Origin: Verrucomicrobiota bacterium
Lineage (GTDB): Bacteria > Verrucomicrobiota > Verrucomicrobiia > Limisphaerales > UBA11358
Length of the DNA stretch: 64,000 nucleotides
Reading direction: 5' to 3'
Assembly (NCBI GenBank): GCA_049509875.1
Contig: JBEKZM010000015.1
Coordinates: 4,546 to 68,545 of the forward strand
Shown here piece by piece: positions 44,238 to 53,624 of this stretch. The number at the start of each line of letters is the position of its first letter. The first letter of the stretch is position 1. Under the pieces are notes generated by a model. It was not told the origin of the DNA and did no database searches. It was given only the letters and a program-made list of their open reading frames with translations. Both the position numbers and the translations under genes were made by a program.

Positions 44238-44273
44238 GCCCTCACCCCGGCCCTCTCCCCCGGGGAGAGGGAG
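44238..44273. repeat. REP-like hairpin element, family C (second copy)
   Basis: GCCCTCACCCCGGCCCTCTCCCCCGGGGAGAGGGAG. Anchored on track ORF 44151..44468 (ALTPALSPGERE). Confidence 0.6.
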
Positions 44274-44376
44274 GCGTCGTTCCCGTGTCTTGGCGTTACG
44301 TCGGCACTGGATCTGCGCAGGTTCATAGTCCCAATGCGCGGCCAAAAGGCCGTGAAAGCTCCCCATGAACCGCGCT

Positions 44377-44904
44377 TTATTTGGAGCCGTTCTGCAGCTT
44401 CTCCACCTGTTTGGCCAGCTCGTTGTATTTGGCCACGATGTCGTTCCGGTCCTTCACTTCTCGATTGAGTTTCGTCACCAATTCGTCGCGCTGGGCGACG
44501 AGGTTGGTGATGGCGCCATTCTGCTTGTCAATGCCGGCGTAGGCTTCCTTTAACTTCGCCTCGAGCGTGTCCACGGCGGCTTTATACTGGGTGAGTTCGT
44601 TGGTGAGGTTGAGATTGGCGAATTCCAGCCGGGCAATTTCGGCCTTCTGGGTGACGATGATAACTTCGTTGGTTGCGGCGGCGGCCTTGAGGTCGGTGAG
44701 ACGCGAGTCCATTTGGGCAACCTGATGATTCAGGGTGTCGATGGAATTGGTGTAGCCCTGGATGGACATATTCCGGTCATAAACCAGCCGGTTCAAAGTT
44801 CCGATTTCGATGCGCTGGAGGGTTTGTTCGTACCATTGCCAGGCGCACAGACCACACAGCGCGAGCGCGAGAACAATCAGCAGGTTCACTTGGAAATTTT
44901 TCAT
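44377..44904 (-). CDS. Membrane-anchored coiled-coil protein, last gene of the Ton operon
   Basis: The N-terminal TM is FQVNLLIVLALALCGLCAW. About 140 aa of heptad-like, Gln/Leu/Lys-rich sequence follow. The ORF starts 2 nt after the exbD stop. Confidence 0.6.
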   Translation of the reverse strand: MKNFQVNLLIVLALALCGLCAWQWYEQTLQRIEIGTLNRLVYDRNMSIQGYTNSIDTLNHQVAQMDSRLTDLKAAAATNEVIIVTQKAEIARLEFANLNLTNELTQYKAAVDTLEAKLKEAYAGIDKQNGAITNLVAQRDELVTKLNREVKDRNDIVAKYNELAKQVEKLQNGSK

Positions 44905-44905
44905 G

Positions 44906-45325
44906 TCAGGGTTGATCGGGAGCGGCTTTGACGGCGATGGCGATGCGCTGGATGCCGGCGCGTTTCACAAAATCCAGAACGAACATCATCGAACCGTGCG
45001 TGGCGCTGCGCGCGCCGGTAATGTAAACCGGCAGGTTGGTGTTCAAACTGTAACGATTCGTCAGCAGCGTGAACAGCTCGGGATAGGCGATGGCTTGGTC
45101 GTCCACGGAAACCTGTCCGTCCCGATTCACGGTAAGATTGACGATGTCGGGCTTTTTCGTGGGCGCGGCGAGGGTGGCCGTGGGGAGATTGGACTTGAGC
45201 GTGCGGACCATCTGCATTTGCAGGCTGATCATCATGAACGACGCGAGCAGGAAAAACATAATGTCAATCAGCGGAATGATTTCCAGCCGCGATTTTTTTT
45301 CCGAAATGGGCGTGCGGATCTTCAT
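44906..45325 (-). CDS. exbD: ExbD/TolR biopolymer transport protein
   Basis: SRLEIIPLIDIMFFLLASFMMISLQM is the ExbD TM signature with the conserved Asp. The ORF is 139 aa. Confidence 0.85.
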   Translation of the reverse strand: MKIRTPISEKKSRLEIIPLIDIMFFLLASFMMISLQMQMVRTLKSNLPTATLAAPTKKPDIVNLTVNRDGQVSVDDQAIAYPELFTLLTNRYSLNTNLPVYITGARSATHGSMMFVLDFVKRAGIQRIAIAVKAAPDQP

Positions 45326-45747
45326 GGCCTCGCCGGACTCGGCCGGCTGTCGGTCATGAAAGCGATCTTTTGAATCCCGACTGCGCGGGCCGTTTCGTAC
45401 ACCTTCACCATGTCGCCGTGCAGCGTGTCGCGGTCGCCGCTGATATAGACGGGGAGTTCGGGATTGGCGTGAAAGCGATTGCTCAAGGCGAAGCCGAGGT
45501 CCGCGAGCGAAATCTCCTTTTTCTCCAGCCAGACCGCACCCGACTTGTCCACGGCGATGTTGATCATGTCCGGCCGGAAATCCTGACGCGATTGCGTGGC
45601 GGACGGCAGGTTGACCTTGATGTTCTCCGTCTTGCTCATCTCCAGGCTGACCATCATGAACGCCGCCAGCAGAAAAAACATGATGTCAATCAGCGGGATG
45701 ATGACGATCCTGGTTCGGCGCCTGGCAATTGGGGAGGGGATCTTCAT
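45322..45747 (-). CDS. exbD: ExbD/TolR biopolymer transport protein (second paralogue)
   Basis: MKIPSPIARRRTRIVIIPLIDIMFFLLAAFMMVSLEM. The start is at aa 33 of the track ORF. It has an ATGA overlap with the downstream exbD. Confidence 0.85.
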   Translation of the reverse strand: MKIPSPIARRRTRIVIIPLIDIMFFLLAAFMMVSLEMSKTENIKVNLPSATQSRQDFRPDMINIAVDKSGAVWLEKKEISLADLGFALSNRFHANPELPVYISGDRDTLHGDMVKVYETARAVGIQKIAFMTDSRPSPARP

Positions 45748-45754
45748 TTCCCGG

Positions 45755-46432
45755 TTAATGGCTCGTCGCCTGGCCAGGGGTCGATGGCTTGTGGAGGTGA
45801 ACGGCGTCGCCGGTATTGCCGCTGCCCACCAGCACTTCGACATTCGTCGCCGCCGTTTCCAGATCGAACTGCAATTGCGCCACCTTCGCGGAAAAATAAT
45901 TGAAGGGAATCAGAGCGAAAATTGCGATGCCCAGACCGCAGGCCGTCGCGATCAACGCCTCGCCAATGCCGCCGGTGACGGCGGTGACGGACAATTCCGC
46001 GCTGCCGATGTTCAGAAATGCGCGCATCAATCCCGTCACGGTGCCCAACAAACCGAGCAGCGGCGCGAGCGTGACCAGCGTGTCCATTACTGTCAAAAAG
46101 CGACCGGCCCGTTTGAGCTCCACGCCGGCCGCCAGTTGCAGCGCGCCGAGCAGCGAGCCATGCGCATGGCCCAAATGACTCAAGCCGTGGCGAATCACGC
46201 GGATGATGGGGTCGTCCGAACCGGCGGAAACTTGCGTCGCCGCGGCGACATCGGAATTTTCGAGCGCGGCCAGCAATTGCTCCATTTTCTGCGGGTCGCG
46301 CTTGCGGCTTTCCCGCCACCACCAGAAGGCGCGCTCGCCGACCACGGCGACCGCGACAAGGGCGCTGAGGAGAATCGGCCACATGACCGGGCCGCCTTTG
46401 AGGAAGAATTCGAGAGCGATGTTTGCGAGCAT
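45755..46432 (-). CDS. exbB: MotA/TolQ/ExbB proton channel protein
   Basis: Three TM segments with the TLVTLAPLLGLLGTVTGLMRAF and TGGIGEALIATACGLGIAI signatures. Confidence 0.9.
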   Translation of the reverse strand: MLANIALEFFLKGGPVMWPILLSALVAVAVVGERAFWWWRESRKRDPQKMEQLLAALENSDVAAATQVSAGSDDPIIRVIRHGLSHLGHAHGSLLGALQLAAGVELKRAGRFLTVMDTLVTLAPLLGLLGTVTGLMRAFLNIGSAELSVTAVTGGIGEALIATACGLGIAIFALIPFNYFSAKVAQLQFDLETAATNVEVLVGSGNTGDAVHLHKPSTPGQATSH

Positions 46433-46573
46433 AGTGTTTAGACGTTAAAGGGTTGAGAAGCTGAGGCGCGGAAGCGGAGGGCGACGGAAATATGCGCCGC
46501 GACCACGCCCAAACGGTTTAGCACCTCAACGCTTCGCTGGTTTGTGTTCATGGGATCGGACGGTTTGGTGGGT

Positions 46574-47257
46574 TCAGTTCAACAGCAACTTGTACGTGAT
46601 GCTGGTTTCGAAAAGCCGGGCTCCGCCGTCGGCGGGCAGCCGCCAATGGCGTTTGATAAAATCCGCCGTGGCGCGGTCCAGCATGGGAAAGCCGGATGAC
46701 GTCTTCACCTCCACAGAAACGACGCTGCCCGCGTCGTCGCCGGTGAGCTGCAAAACCACAGTGCCTTGTTGCCCCTCATCCAGGGCGATTTTGGGATAAG
46801 GCGGTTCGGGGCGTTCGCCGCCCGCGCCGGTGGTATTGAGCGAACTGATGCGCAGCGGGGCCGCCACCGGCGGCGGCGCGGCGGCCAGCTCGGCGGGCGC
46901 CACCAGCGTGCCGGCGGTCGGAACACCAAAGTTGATGTTCGGCGTACTCGGAAGCACCACCAAAACCTGCGGCTGGCTGATTTTTTCCACTTGCTCCGGT
47001 TTTTGGGCGACTGCCTGCGGCGGCAACACCGTCGGCAGCACGACGACCGGAACCTCCACCCGGATGGGCGGGACCGGTTTGATGGAAATCACCCCCCGCC
47101 GCGCGCCGGCAATGCCAATAAGGAGAAAAAGGAGGCAAATGGAATTCACCCAGGCCAGCTTGAGGTTCACGTCGCGACTGGCCGACGGCAGGCATAGCCG
47201 CGCGAGTTCGTCTTTCAACTCGTACGCAGGCGCTGTCCGGTTTGTTTCCATGGTCAA
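46574..47257 (-). CDS. tonB: TonB-family energy transducer
   Basis: An N-terminal anchor, a Pro-rich spacer (PVPPIRVEVPVVVLPTVLPPQ), and a C-terminal TonB domain PPYPKIALDEGQQGTVVLQLTGDDAGSVVSVEVKTSSGFPMLD. Confidence 0.8.
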   Translation of the reverse strand: MTMETNRTAPAYELKDELARLCLPSASRDVNLKLAWVNSICLLFLLIGIAGARRGVISIKPVPPIRVEVPVVVLPTVLPPQAVAQKPEQVEKISQPQVLVVLPSTPNINFGVPTAGTLVAPAELAAAPPPVAAPLRISSLNTTGAGGERPEPPYPKIALDEGQQGTVVLQLTGDDAGSVVSVEVKTSSGFPMLDRATADFIKRHWRLPADGGARLFETSITYKLLLN

Positions 47258-47487
47258 GCGGTCAAAATGTCGCCGTCAGGCGGCAAGGCACCTGAAGTGG
47301 ATTGACGAGGTCAAACACATCCGGAAACACCCCCAAGTCGGCGCTGTGGTCCACGGTAATAATCGTGTCACGTTCATTCCGGAAGATATTGCACGCGGAA
47401 CAAGTATTACGAAAGGCCAAATTCGTATGAAGAAATGAATTCCGCCGCCGGCCCCGCGGGAGGCCGGCGGCGGGAGGTTGAATCGTC

Positions 47488-49734
47488 TCAAAACACATAG
47501 CTGATCGAACCGAAGAACCCGAGCCGCTCACCGTACTGCGCGGCATTGACGCCCACGCCGGTGCCACTGCGGAGTTGGTAGATGTCGTCCGTGAGGTTCA
47601 CGATGTCGAGCCGCGCCTTGATGAATCGCCTTTTGGCCAGCTTGATGCTCTGCTCGACTCCAACGTTGATCGAATAATAATCCGGCACGCTGCCACCGTT
47701 CGGGATCACCTCGCCGGTGGGCGTCGTATCGTCCTGGCGCAAACCGCTGCCGTAGACTGCGTCCGCATAAACGCTGGTGGCGTGGTGATCGCCTTCCTTC
47801 CAAGTGTAAGCAACCCCGAATGTTCCGGTCACCCGCTGGTCATGGTCCAGATAAATCCAGTGATTCTGGACATAGGCCAGGGCCGACGGGTCGAACAGGA
47901 ACTGTGCCGAGCTCCAGTCCTCGCCCTCAGCTTCCGAGTACGCCAGGTTGGCATAGGTCGTGAAGCCGCCGCGGGTGTAGCTGCCAGTGGCTTCCACGCC
48001 ATAAATCCTGCCGTGCAGGTAATTGAAGGCGGAGAGAATGAGCGTCTGCCCAAACAGGCCGTCATCGAGTTGGTTGTGCGCCTGCTTGTAATAACCGTCC
48101 AAGCCCACCTGGAGCCCCGGCGCCAGCTTCTGGGTGACGCCGATGTCGAAGTAGTTGGACCGCTCGGCCTTCACCGAACCGTCGGTCTGCACGGCGGATT
48201 CGTTTGACGTGCCGTTGAACAGGGAGACGTCGCTGCCCGACACGTTCTCCACCGGCGGCGGCGTGAAATAACGTGAGTAGCCTGCGTGGAGGGTTGTGGA
48301 ATCCCGCGGCTGCCAGATCAGGTTCACGCGCGGGCTGAGCTGCCATTCGTTGTCAAACGACGAATTAAACATATCCAGGCGCGCGCCATAATTAATCGTG
48401 AATTGGTTGAAGAACTTCCACTCATCCTGCAAGTACGCGCCCGCGAACAGCCCGGTCAGCCGCTGATTATCCGTAAGGTTGTACGCCGGGCCGATCGGAT
48501 TGCCGTTGCCATCCACTGGGAACACCGTGCTGGTGGAATCGGCAAACACCACCTCGTCCAGCAACATGGCCCCGCCGCGCAGGGTGTTGTTCTCGGTCAA
48601 TTGGTAGCTGGCGTCCGCTTGCAGGCCACCCGAATACAGGTCGCGCTCCACGTCGCTGGCCACGCCGTTGAAGTAGAGGTCCCCAATCTCGTCCGGCCGG
48701 AAATGGACGCCGCTGGCGCGGCCATAGGCCGAAATCTGCCCATTGAAATCGCCCACGGATTTCTGGTAGGTCACGACGCCGTAGTAGTTCTGTTCCCGCT
48801 GCTGCTCGTTCAAGGCGGAGGAATCAAAATTAGCCGGCATGCCGGGAGCCTGATTCCATTGCATCGTGCCATCGGGCGTCGAGCCGGACGGCAGGCCGGG
48901 CGTGTTGGGCACCTGGAAGTTGCTGTATGACGCGCTCCCCATGAAGGTCACCCGGCTCGTATCGTCGATGAGGTAGGACGCATACGCGAACACCTTGAAT
49001 TGGTCGGTATCGTCGTGGATCGCGGCATGGCTCGCCGTGGGATTTTCGATGCCCAGGGCGTTGTGATCAAAGCTGCCGTCCACAAAATACTCCCATTTGC
49101 CCGAGGTGCCGCCGTATTCAAGACTCGGCCGGATCGTGTCGAAACTGCCGCCGTACACGTCCACTGTGCCGCCGTTTTCGTACACGCCGGTTTTGGTTTG
49201 GATGTCCACGACGCCCGCCGTGCGGAAACCATACTGCGCCGGCAGGGAGCCGGTGATTAATTGCATGCTCTGCACAAAACGCGGGTCCAGCTCCAAGCCG
49301 AAGCCGGTGATGCCTTCAGGGAGCAGCACGTCGTCGATGCGGTATTGCAAATTGGCGTGCTCGCCACGCACGTGCAAATCCCCGTTCACGGCCGAATCCT
49401 GGGCGACGCCCGGCGAGCGCAGGATCACCTCGTTGAACGGCGCGTCTTCGCCCTGTGACTGCATTTCAATCTGGTCTGCCGTATGCGTGTATGCGGTCGC
49501 ACCCAGGTTGGGTACGATGCTGCTCCGCGCCTCGTTCAGCTTGCCAATGACCGTCACGTTGCCCAGTTGCGTCACGTTTGTCCCGGTGGCCGCGACCCCA
49601 TTGGTGAAACTGCCCGCCGCCCCGACGTTGTTCGTCTGCGCCAGCGCCTTGCCGCCGCAGGACAACGCCGCCAGGGAAACAACCGCCCCATAAACTCTGC
49701 GATTCTGGTTCATCTGTTCTTTAAAAATTTTCAT
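47488..49734 (-). CDS. TonB-dependent outer-membrane receptor
   Basis: A signal peptide, a plug region (NEVILRSPGVAQDS...GDLHVRGE), a long beta-barrel, and the terminal aromatic motif ...FFGSISYVF. Confidence 0.9.
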   Translation of the reverse strand: MKIFKEQMNQNRRVYGAVVSLAALSCGGKALAQTNNVGAAGSFTNGVAATGTNVTQLGNVTVIGKLNEARSSIVPNLGATAYTHTADQIEMQSQGEDAPFNEVILRSPGVAQDSAVNGDLHVRGEHANLQYRIDDVLLPEGITGFGLELDPRFVQSMQLITGSLPAQYGFRTAGVVDIQTKTGVYENGGTVDVYGGSFDTIRPSLEYGGTSGKWEYFVDGSFDHNALGIENPTASHAAIHDDTDQFKVFAYASYLIDDTSRVTFMGSASYSNFQVPNTPGLPSGSTPDGTMQWNQAPGMPANFDSSALNEQQREQNYYGVVTYQKSVGDFNGQISAYGRASGVHFRPDEIGDLYFNGVASDVERDLYSGGLQADASYQLTENNTLRGGAMLLDEVVFADSTSTVFPVDGNGNPIGPAYNLTDNQRLTGLFAGAYLQDEWKFFNQFTINYGARLDMFNSSFDNEWQLSPRVNLIWQPRDSTTLHAGYSRYFTPPPVENVSGSDVSLFNGTSNESAVQTDGSVKAERSNYFDIGVTQKLAPGLQVGLDGYYKQAHNQLDDGLFGQTLILSAFNYLHGRIYGVEATGSYTRGGFTTYANLAYSEAEGEDWSSAQFLFDPSALAYVQNHWIYLDHDQRVTGTFGVAYTWKEGDHHATSVYADAVYGSGLRQDDTTPTGEVIPNGGSVPDYYSINVGVEQSIKLAKRRFIKARLDIVNLTDDIYQLRSGTGVGVNAAQYGERLGFFGSISYVF

Positions 49735-49878
49735 AATTCAAATTGGTTAAATTCTCCAGGAAACTTCGCGAACCCTCCACGGATTCGCGTCTTTGACCCG
49801 CGCCGCTGGCGCGAAGCAAAGAATTCATAGTGGAAACCAACTCCAAACCGCCAGGTTCGCGCGGTCGGAATTGACGAA

Positions 49879-50223
49879 TCAGGAAACTGCGGGAAGAACG
49901 GGCGGGGCGCGACCGGCGGGAAGATTTTCAATCGCCGGACTAAAAACGGAGCCGGCCGCGGCGGGAACTGCCGCGATCAAAGTCACCGGGGCGGGAACGA
50001 GAACGTCAACCGTGGCGCAATTCACCTTGCCGTGGGCAAACATCGTGACGGCGCACTGATGTTCGGGCTGGCCGGCGTCGGAGTGGAACCAAGCGTGCAG
50101 CGAGGGCGAGGCGGCCATCGCGTTAAGCAAGAGGACGAGGCCGGCCAGCAGCGAGGCAATGGCTGCCTGGCCGTACGCTTTAAAATGGCGCTTCGCGAGT
50201 CGCAAGCGGTTTGCTTTTAGCAA
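49879..50223 (-). CDS. Small membrane protein with a His/Cys-rich motif (possible metal-binding accessory of the receptor)
   Basis: The TM is AAIASLLAGLVLLLNAMAA, followed by SPSLHAWFHSDAGQPEHQCAVTMFAHG. The apparent start is TTG. It lies upstream of and co-directional with the receptor gene. Confidence 0.45.
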   Translation of the reverse strand: MLKANRLRLAKRHFKAYGQAAIASLLAGLVLLLNAMAASPSLHAWFHSDAGQPEHQCAVTMFAHGKVNCATVDVLVPAPVTLIAAVPAAAGSVFSPAIENLPAGRAPPVLPAVS

Positions 50224-50278
50224 AGCTCGCGTCTAATGCAAGCTATTTCAAATTCTTTTTCAATTCGGAAGCGACGGC

Positions 50279-51991
50279 CTAATTGGCGCCCTCGCCCAGC
50301 AGACCTGGCTGGATCGCTTTCGGCGCGGGAAGCTGGTCGGGGGGGACCACGTTGCAGCGTTTCGCCCATTGGTCGTATAGATCCGAAAGCTCCTTCACCT
50401 TGTCCGGACGCTGGCCGGCCAGGTTGTGCAACTCGGTGCGGTCCGCGGCCATATCGTAAAGTTCCCAGGCGTCAGGATACCGGGAGACCAGTTTCCACTG
50501 TCCCCACCGGACGGCGCGGTTGCCTTCATGTTCCCAAAAGATTGGTTTCGGATGCGGTCGGTCCCGGCCATCGAATATTGGTTGCAGGCTTTGGCCTTCG
50601 AGCGACAAAATTGAACGGGACTTGAATCCCGACGGATAATGCGTCCCGGCTACTTCCAGCAAGGTGGGCATGATATCGGTGATGTGACCGATCTGGCTGG
50701 TCAACGCGCCCCGGCGCTTGATGACGCCCGGCCAGCGGACGATGAAGGGCGACGAGATGCCACCCTCGTGCGTCCAATGCTTGTAGAGCCGGAAGGGCGT
50801 ATCGCTGACATTGGCCCAGGGCGTCCCATAACTCTGCCAGACATCCACGGGTCCGGCCATGACGGTCACATCCTGGTGACCGACCTTGACGGGCTGGCCA
50901 TCGCGCGTCCGGCTGGGCACATCGTACCATTCCGGCGCCACCAGTTCGTTGCAGGCGCCGTTGTCCGATAGAAAGATGACCAGGGTATTATCCTCGATAT
51001 TCTTGCGCTTCAGTTCCGCCACGATGGCCCCAACGCCCTGGTCCAGGTGCTGAATCATCGCGGCGTAGGCGGCCATCTTGTTCGCCTCCCATTCCTGGTT
51101 GACCACGTTGGTCCAGGGGATGACGCGCGGGTCACGGGGCGACAAGGCCCAGTCCTTGCTGATCAGCCCCAGGGCGAGCTCGCGCTCGTAGCGGTTTTCG
51201 CGAAGCGCGTCCCAGCCGGCCCGGTAGGTGGAGCGGTTCCTGGCAATGTCCGGCTCCGGCGCCTGCAACGGCCAGTGCGGCGCCGTAAAGGCGACGTATA
51301 AGAAGAAGGGGTGGTCGCCGCCGCCATACTTCTCGATGTCCGCAACGGCATGTTCGCTGAGGGCATCGGTGTAGTAGAAGTTCGTACGGGCGGGGTTGAT
51401 CGGGACATTGTTGCTCACCAGCGAGAATGGTTCATAATAGCTGCTCACGCCGTGAATGGTGCCGTAGTACTCTTCGAAGCCCCGCTGGCGGGGCCAGTCC
51501 TTTTTGCTGTCCCAAAACGGCTCGTTGGTTTCAAAGTTCAACTGCCTTTTGCCGTCGAAGAAGATGTGGCTGAGGTGCCATTTGCCGACCATCAATGTGT
51601 GATAGCCGGCGCCCTGCAACACCTCGGCCAGAGTGACACAGTGATCGTTTAGTTCACCGTGATACCCGGGGATGCCGCGGTCTTCCATCATGGCGCCGAC
51701 GCCGGCTTCCTGCGGGTACAGACCGGTCAACAGGGCGGCCCGCGAGGGACAGCAGCGGGGCGTGTTATAAAATTGCGTGAACCGCAAACCGTTCGCGGCC
51801 AGATGGTCCAGATTGGGCGTGGCGATTTCCGAACCGTAGCAGCCGAGATCGGAATAGCCCAGGTCATCCGCCAGAATCAGAACGATATTGGGCCGCTGGC
51901 CGGCCGCCGCGGCGCACGGCAGGAGCAAGACCGAGCCAACAACCGCCAAGGTCAAAGGTAGTATCGTCTTAATCATGAAAGTGGGCCTCAA
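50279..51991 (-). CDS. Secreted Cys-type arylsulfatase
   Basis: A signal peptide, then [19 protein letters not shown] and the formylglycine motif [11 protein letters not shown]. The ORF is 570 aa. Confidence 0.9.
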   Translation of the reverse strand: MRPTFMIKTILPLTLAVVGSVLLLPCAAAAGQRPNIVLILADDLGYSDLGCYGSEIATPNLDHLAANGLRFTQFYNTPRCCPSRAALLTGLYPQEAGVGAMMEDRGIPGYHGELNDHCVTLAEVLQGAGYHTLMVGKWHLSHIFFDGKRQLNFETNEPFWDSKKDWPRQRGFEEYYGTIHGVSSYYEPFSLVSNNVPINPARTNFYYTDALSEHAVADIEKYGGGDHPFFLYVAFTAPHWPLQAPEPDIARNRSTYRAGWDALRENRYERELALGLISKDWALSPRDPRVIPWTNVVNQEWEANKMAAYAAMIQHLDQGVGAIVAELKRKNIEDNTLVIFLSDNGACNELVAPEWYDVPSRTRDGQPVKVGHQDVTVMAGPVDVWQSYGTPWANVSDTPFRLYKHWTHEGGISSPFIVRWPGVIKRRGALTSQIGHITDIMPTLLEVAGTHYPSGFKSRSILSLEGQSLQPIFDGRDRPHPKPIFWEHEGNRAVRWGQWKLVSRYPDAWELYDMAADRTELHNLAGQRPDKVKELSDLYDQWAKRCNVVPPDQLPAPKAIQPGLLGEGAN

Positions 51992-52208
51992 ACACGCAAT
52001 GCTGCGAACCCAGTATGCCCGGCCCTGGCCGGCACGCGCAACCGATAGTGTATTCCCGGATTTACGAGATACGAATGACCAATGACGAATGGCCGGGGGC
52101 GAACGGGCACTTGATCCAGCGCGGTTGGCCCGCTAATGCCTGGCTGGGCCAGCCGACGGGGGTGCCACCGATTTTGACTTGACCGGCCGTTTCTTCTAAC
52201 CTCGGACC

Positions 52209-53504
52209 ATGAAAATTGCCCGCCACACCGACAAGGATTTTTCCGCCAAGCTCGGGGAATTGTCCGCCAACGCCAGCCTGTTCGATCCCCAAATTGAAGA
52301 ACGCACCAAGTCGATCCTGGACGAGGTCCGCCTGCGGGGCGACGAGGCGGTGCTGGAATTGACGGAGAAGTTCGACGGCGCGAAGCTCACCGCCGGGGAG
52401 CTCGCAGTGACCCAGGCGGAATTGTTCAACGCCTCGCTGGCTGCCAATGAAGCGCTGCGGGCGGCCGTGGCTGAAGCCGAAAAGAACATTGCCAGTTTCG
52501 CGAGGAAATCGCTCCGGAAGGGCTGGCAGTCCAAGAATTCGCATGGAGCCACGGTGGGCGAGAAATTTGATCCATTTCAGCGGGTGGGCGTCTATATTCC
52601 CGGCGGCACCGCCCCGCTGGTTTCGACCGCCCTCATGACGATCACGCTGGCGAAGGTGGCGGGGTGCAAGGAAATCGTGGTGACCACGCCCTGCGGCCGG
52701 GATGGAACGATCAATGCGGCGATCCTGTTCGCCGCGCGAACGGCGGGCGCCACCGAAATTTATCGTGTGGGCGGCGCCCAAGCCGTGGCGGCCATGGCCT
52801 ATGGCACCAAAACCATCCGGCGGGTCCAGAAAATCTTTGGTCCCGGCAATGCCTACGTCAGCATGGCCAAGCGCCTGCTCGTCGGGCGGGTGGCGATCGA
52901 CCTGCTGGCCGGGCCCAGCGACCTCCTGGTGCTGGCGGACGACACCGCCAACCCCCGGTACGCCGCGTCGGATCTGCTGGCGCAGGCCGAGCACGGCTCC
53001 GGACACGAGCGGGTCTGGCTGGTCACCAACTCCGCGAAAATTCTCCGGGGAGTGGAGAAGGAAATTGCGCGGCAACTGCCCAAGCTGGCCCGCCGGGACC
53101 TGATTCAGCGCGTGCTGGAGCGCAATGTCTGGCTGATTCAGGTGAAGTCCATCGCCGAGGGGGTGACGCTCGCGAACCGGATTGCGCCGGAACACTGCGA
53201 AGTGATCACCCGCGAGGCGCGGAAAGTGAGCGCCGGCATCGTGACGGCGGGCGCGTTGTTCCTTGGCAACTGGTCGCCGACGGTGCTGGGCGACTACATT
53301 GCCGGCCCCAGCCACGTGCTGCCCACCGACGGCGCCGGCGCGTCCTTCGCCGGCCTGACCGTGGATCAGTTCCAGCGCCGCACGAGCGTCGTGGAATACA
53401 GCCTGGGCGCGCTGAAAAAGGCGCTGAAAGGCGTGCAAAAATTTGCCGAGATGGAAGGCTTGGGGGCGCATGGCCGAAGCGCGGAACTGCGGCTGGGAAG
53501 CTGA
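52209..53504 (+). CDS. hisD: Histidinol dehydrogenase
   Basis: A 431-aa ORF with GVYIPGGTAPLVST, QAEHG, and IAPEHCEV...GDYIAGPSHVLPT. Confidence 0.95.
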   Translation: MKIARHTDKDFSAKLGELSANASLFDPQIEERTKSILDEVRLRGDEAVLELTEKFDGAKLTAGELAVTQAELFNASLAANEALRAAVAEAEKNIASFARKSLRKGWQSKNSHGATVGEKFDPFQRVGVYIPGGTAPLVSTALMTITLAKVAGCKEIVVTTPCGRDGTINAAILFAARTAGATEIYRVGGAQAVAAMAYGTKTIRRVQKIFGPGNAYVSMAKRLLVGRVAIDLLAGPSDLLVLADDTANPRYAASDLLAQAEHGSGHERVWLVTNSAKILRGVEKEIARQLPKLARRDLIQRVLERNVWLIQVKSIAEGVTLANRIAPEHCEVITREARKVSAGIVTAGALFLGNWSPTVLGDYIAGPSHVLPTDGAGASFAGLTVDQFQRRTSVVEYSLGALKKALKGVQKFAEMEGLGAHGRSAELRLGS

Positions 53505-53624
53505 CGACAAATTTTGGAAGCTGGCGACCGGAAAGTTGCCGGAACCCGCAGAGCGGAATGTCTGCGCCAAGAAAAAGCCGCCCGCGACTCCTGGGTCACG
53601 GGCGGCTCTTGAGAATTCCAATGA

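Noticed and set aside
52062-53621. 519-aa minus-strand ORF opposite hisD, and 356-aa plus ORF 52664..53734 in another frame
   Set aside because: Neither has recognisable motifs, and both have shadow-ORF composition. The hisD frame carries all the conserved motifs.
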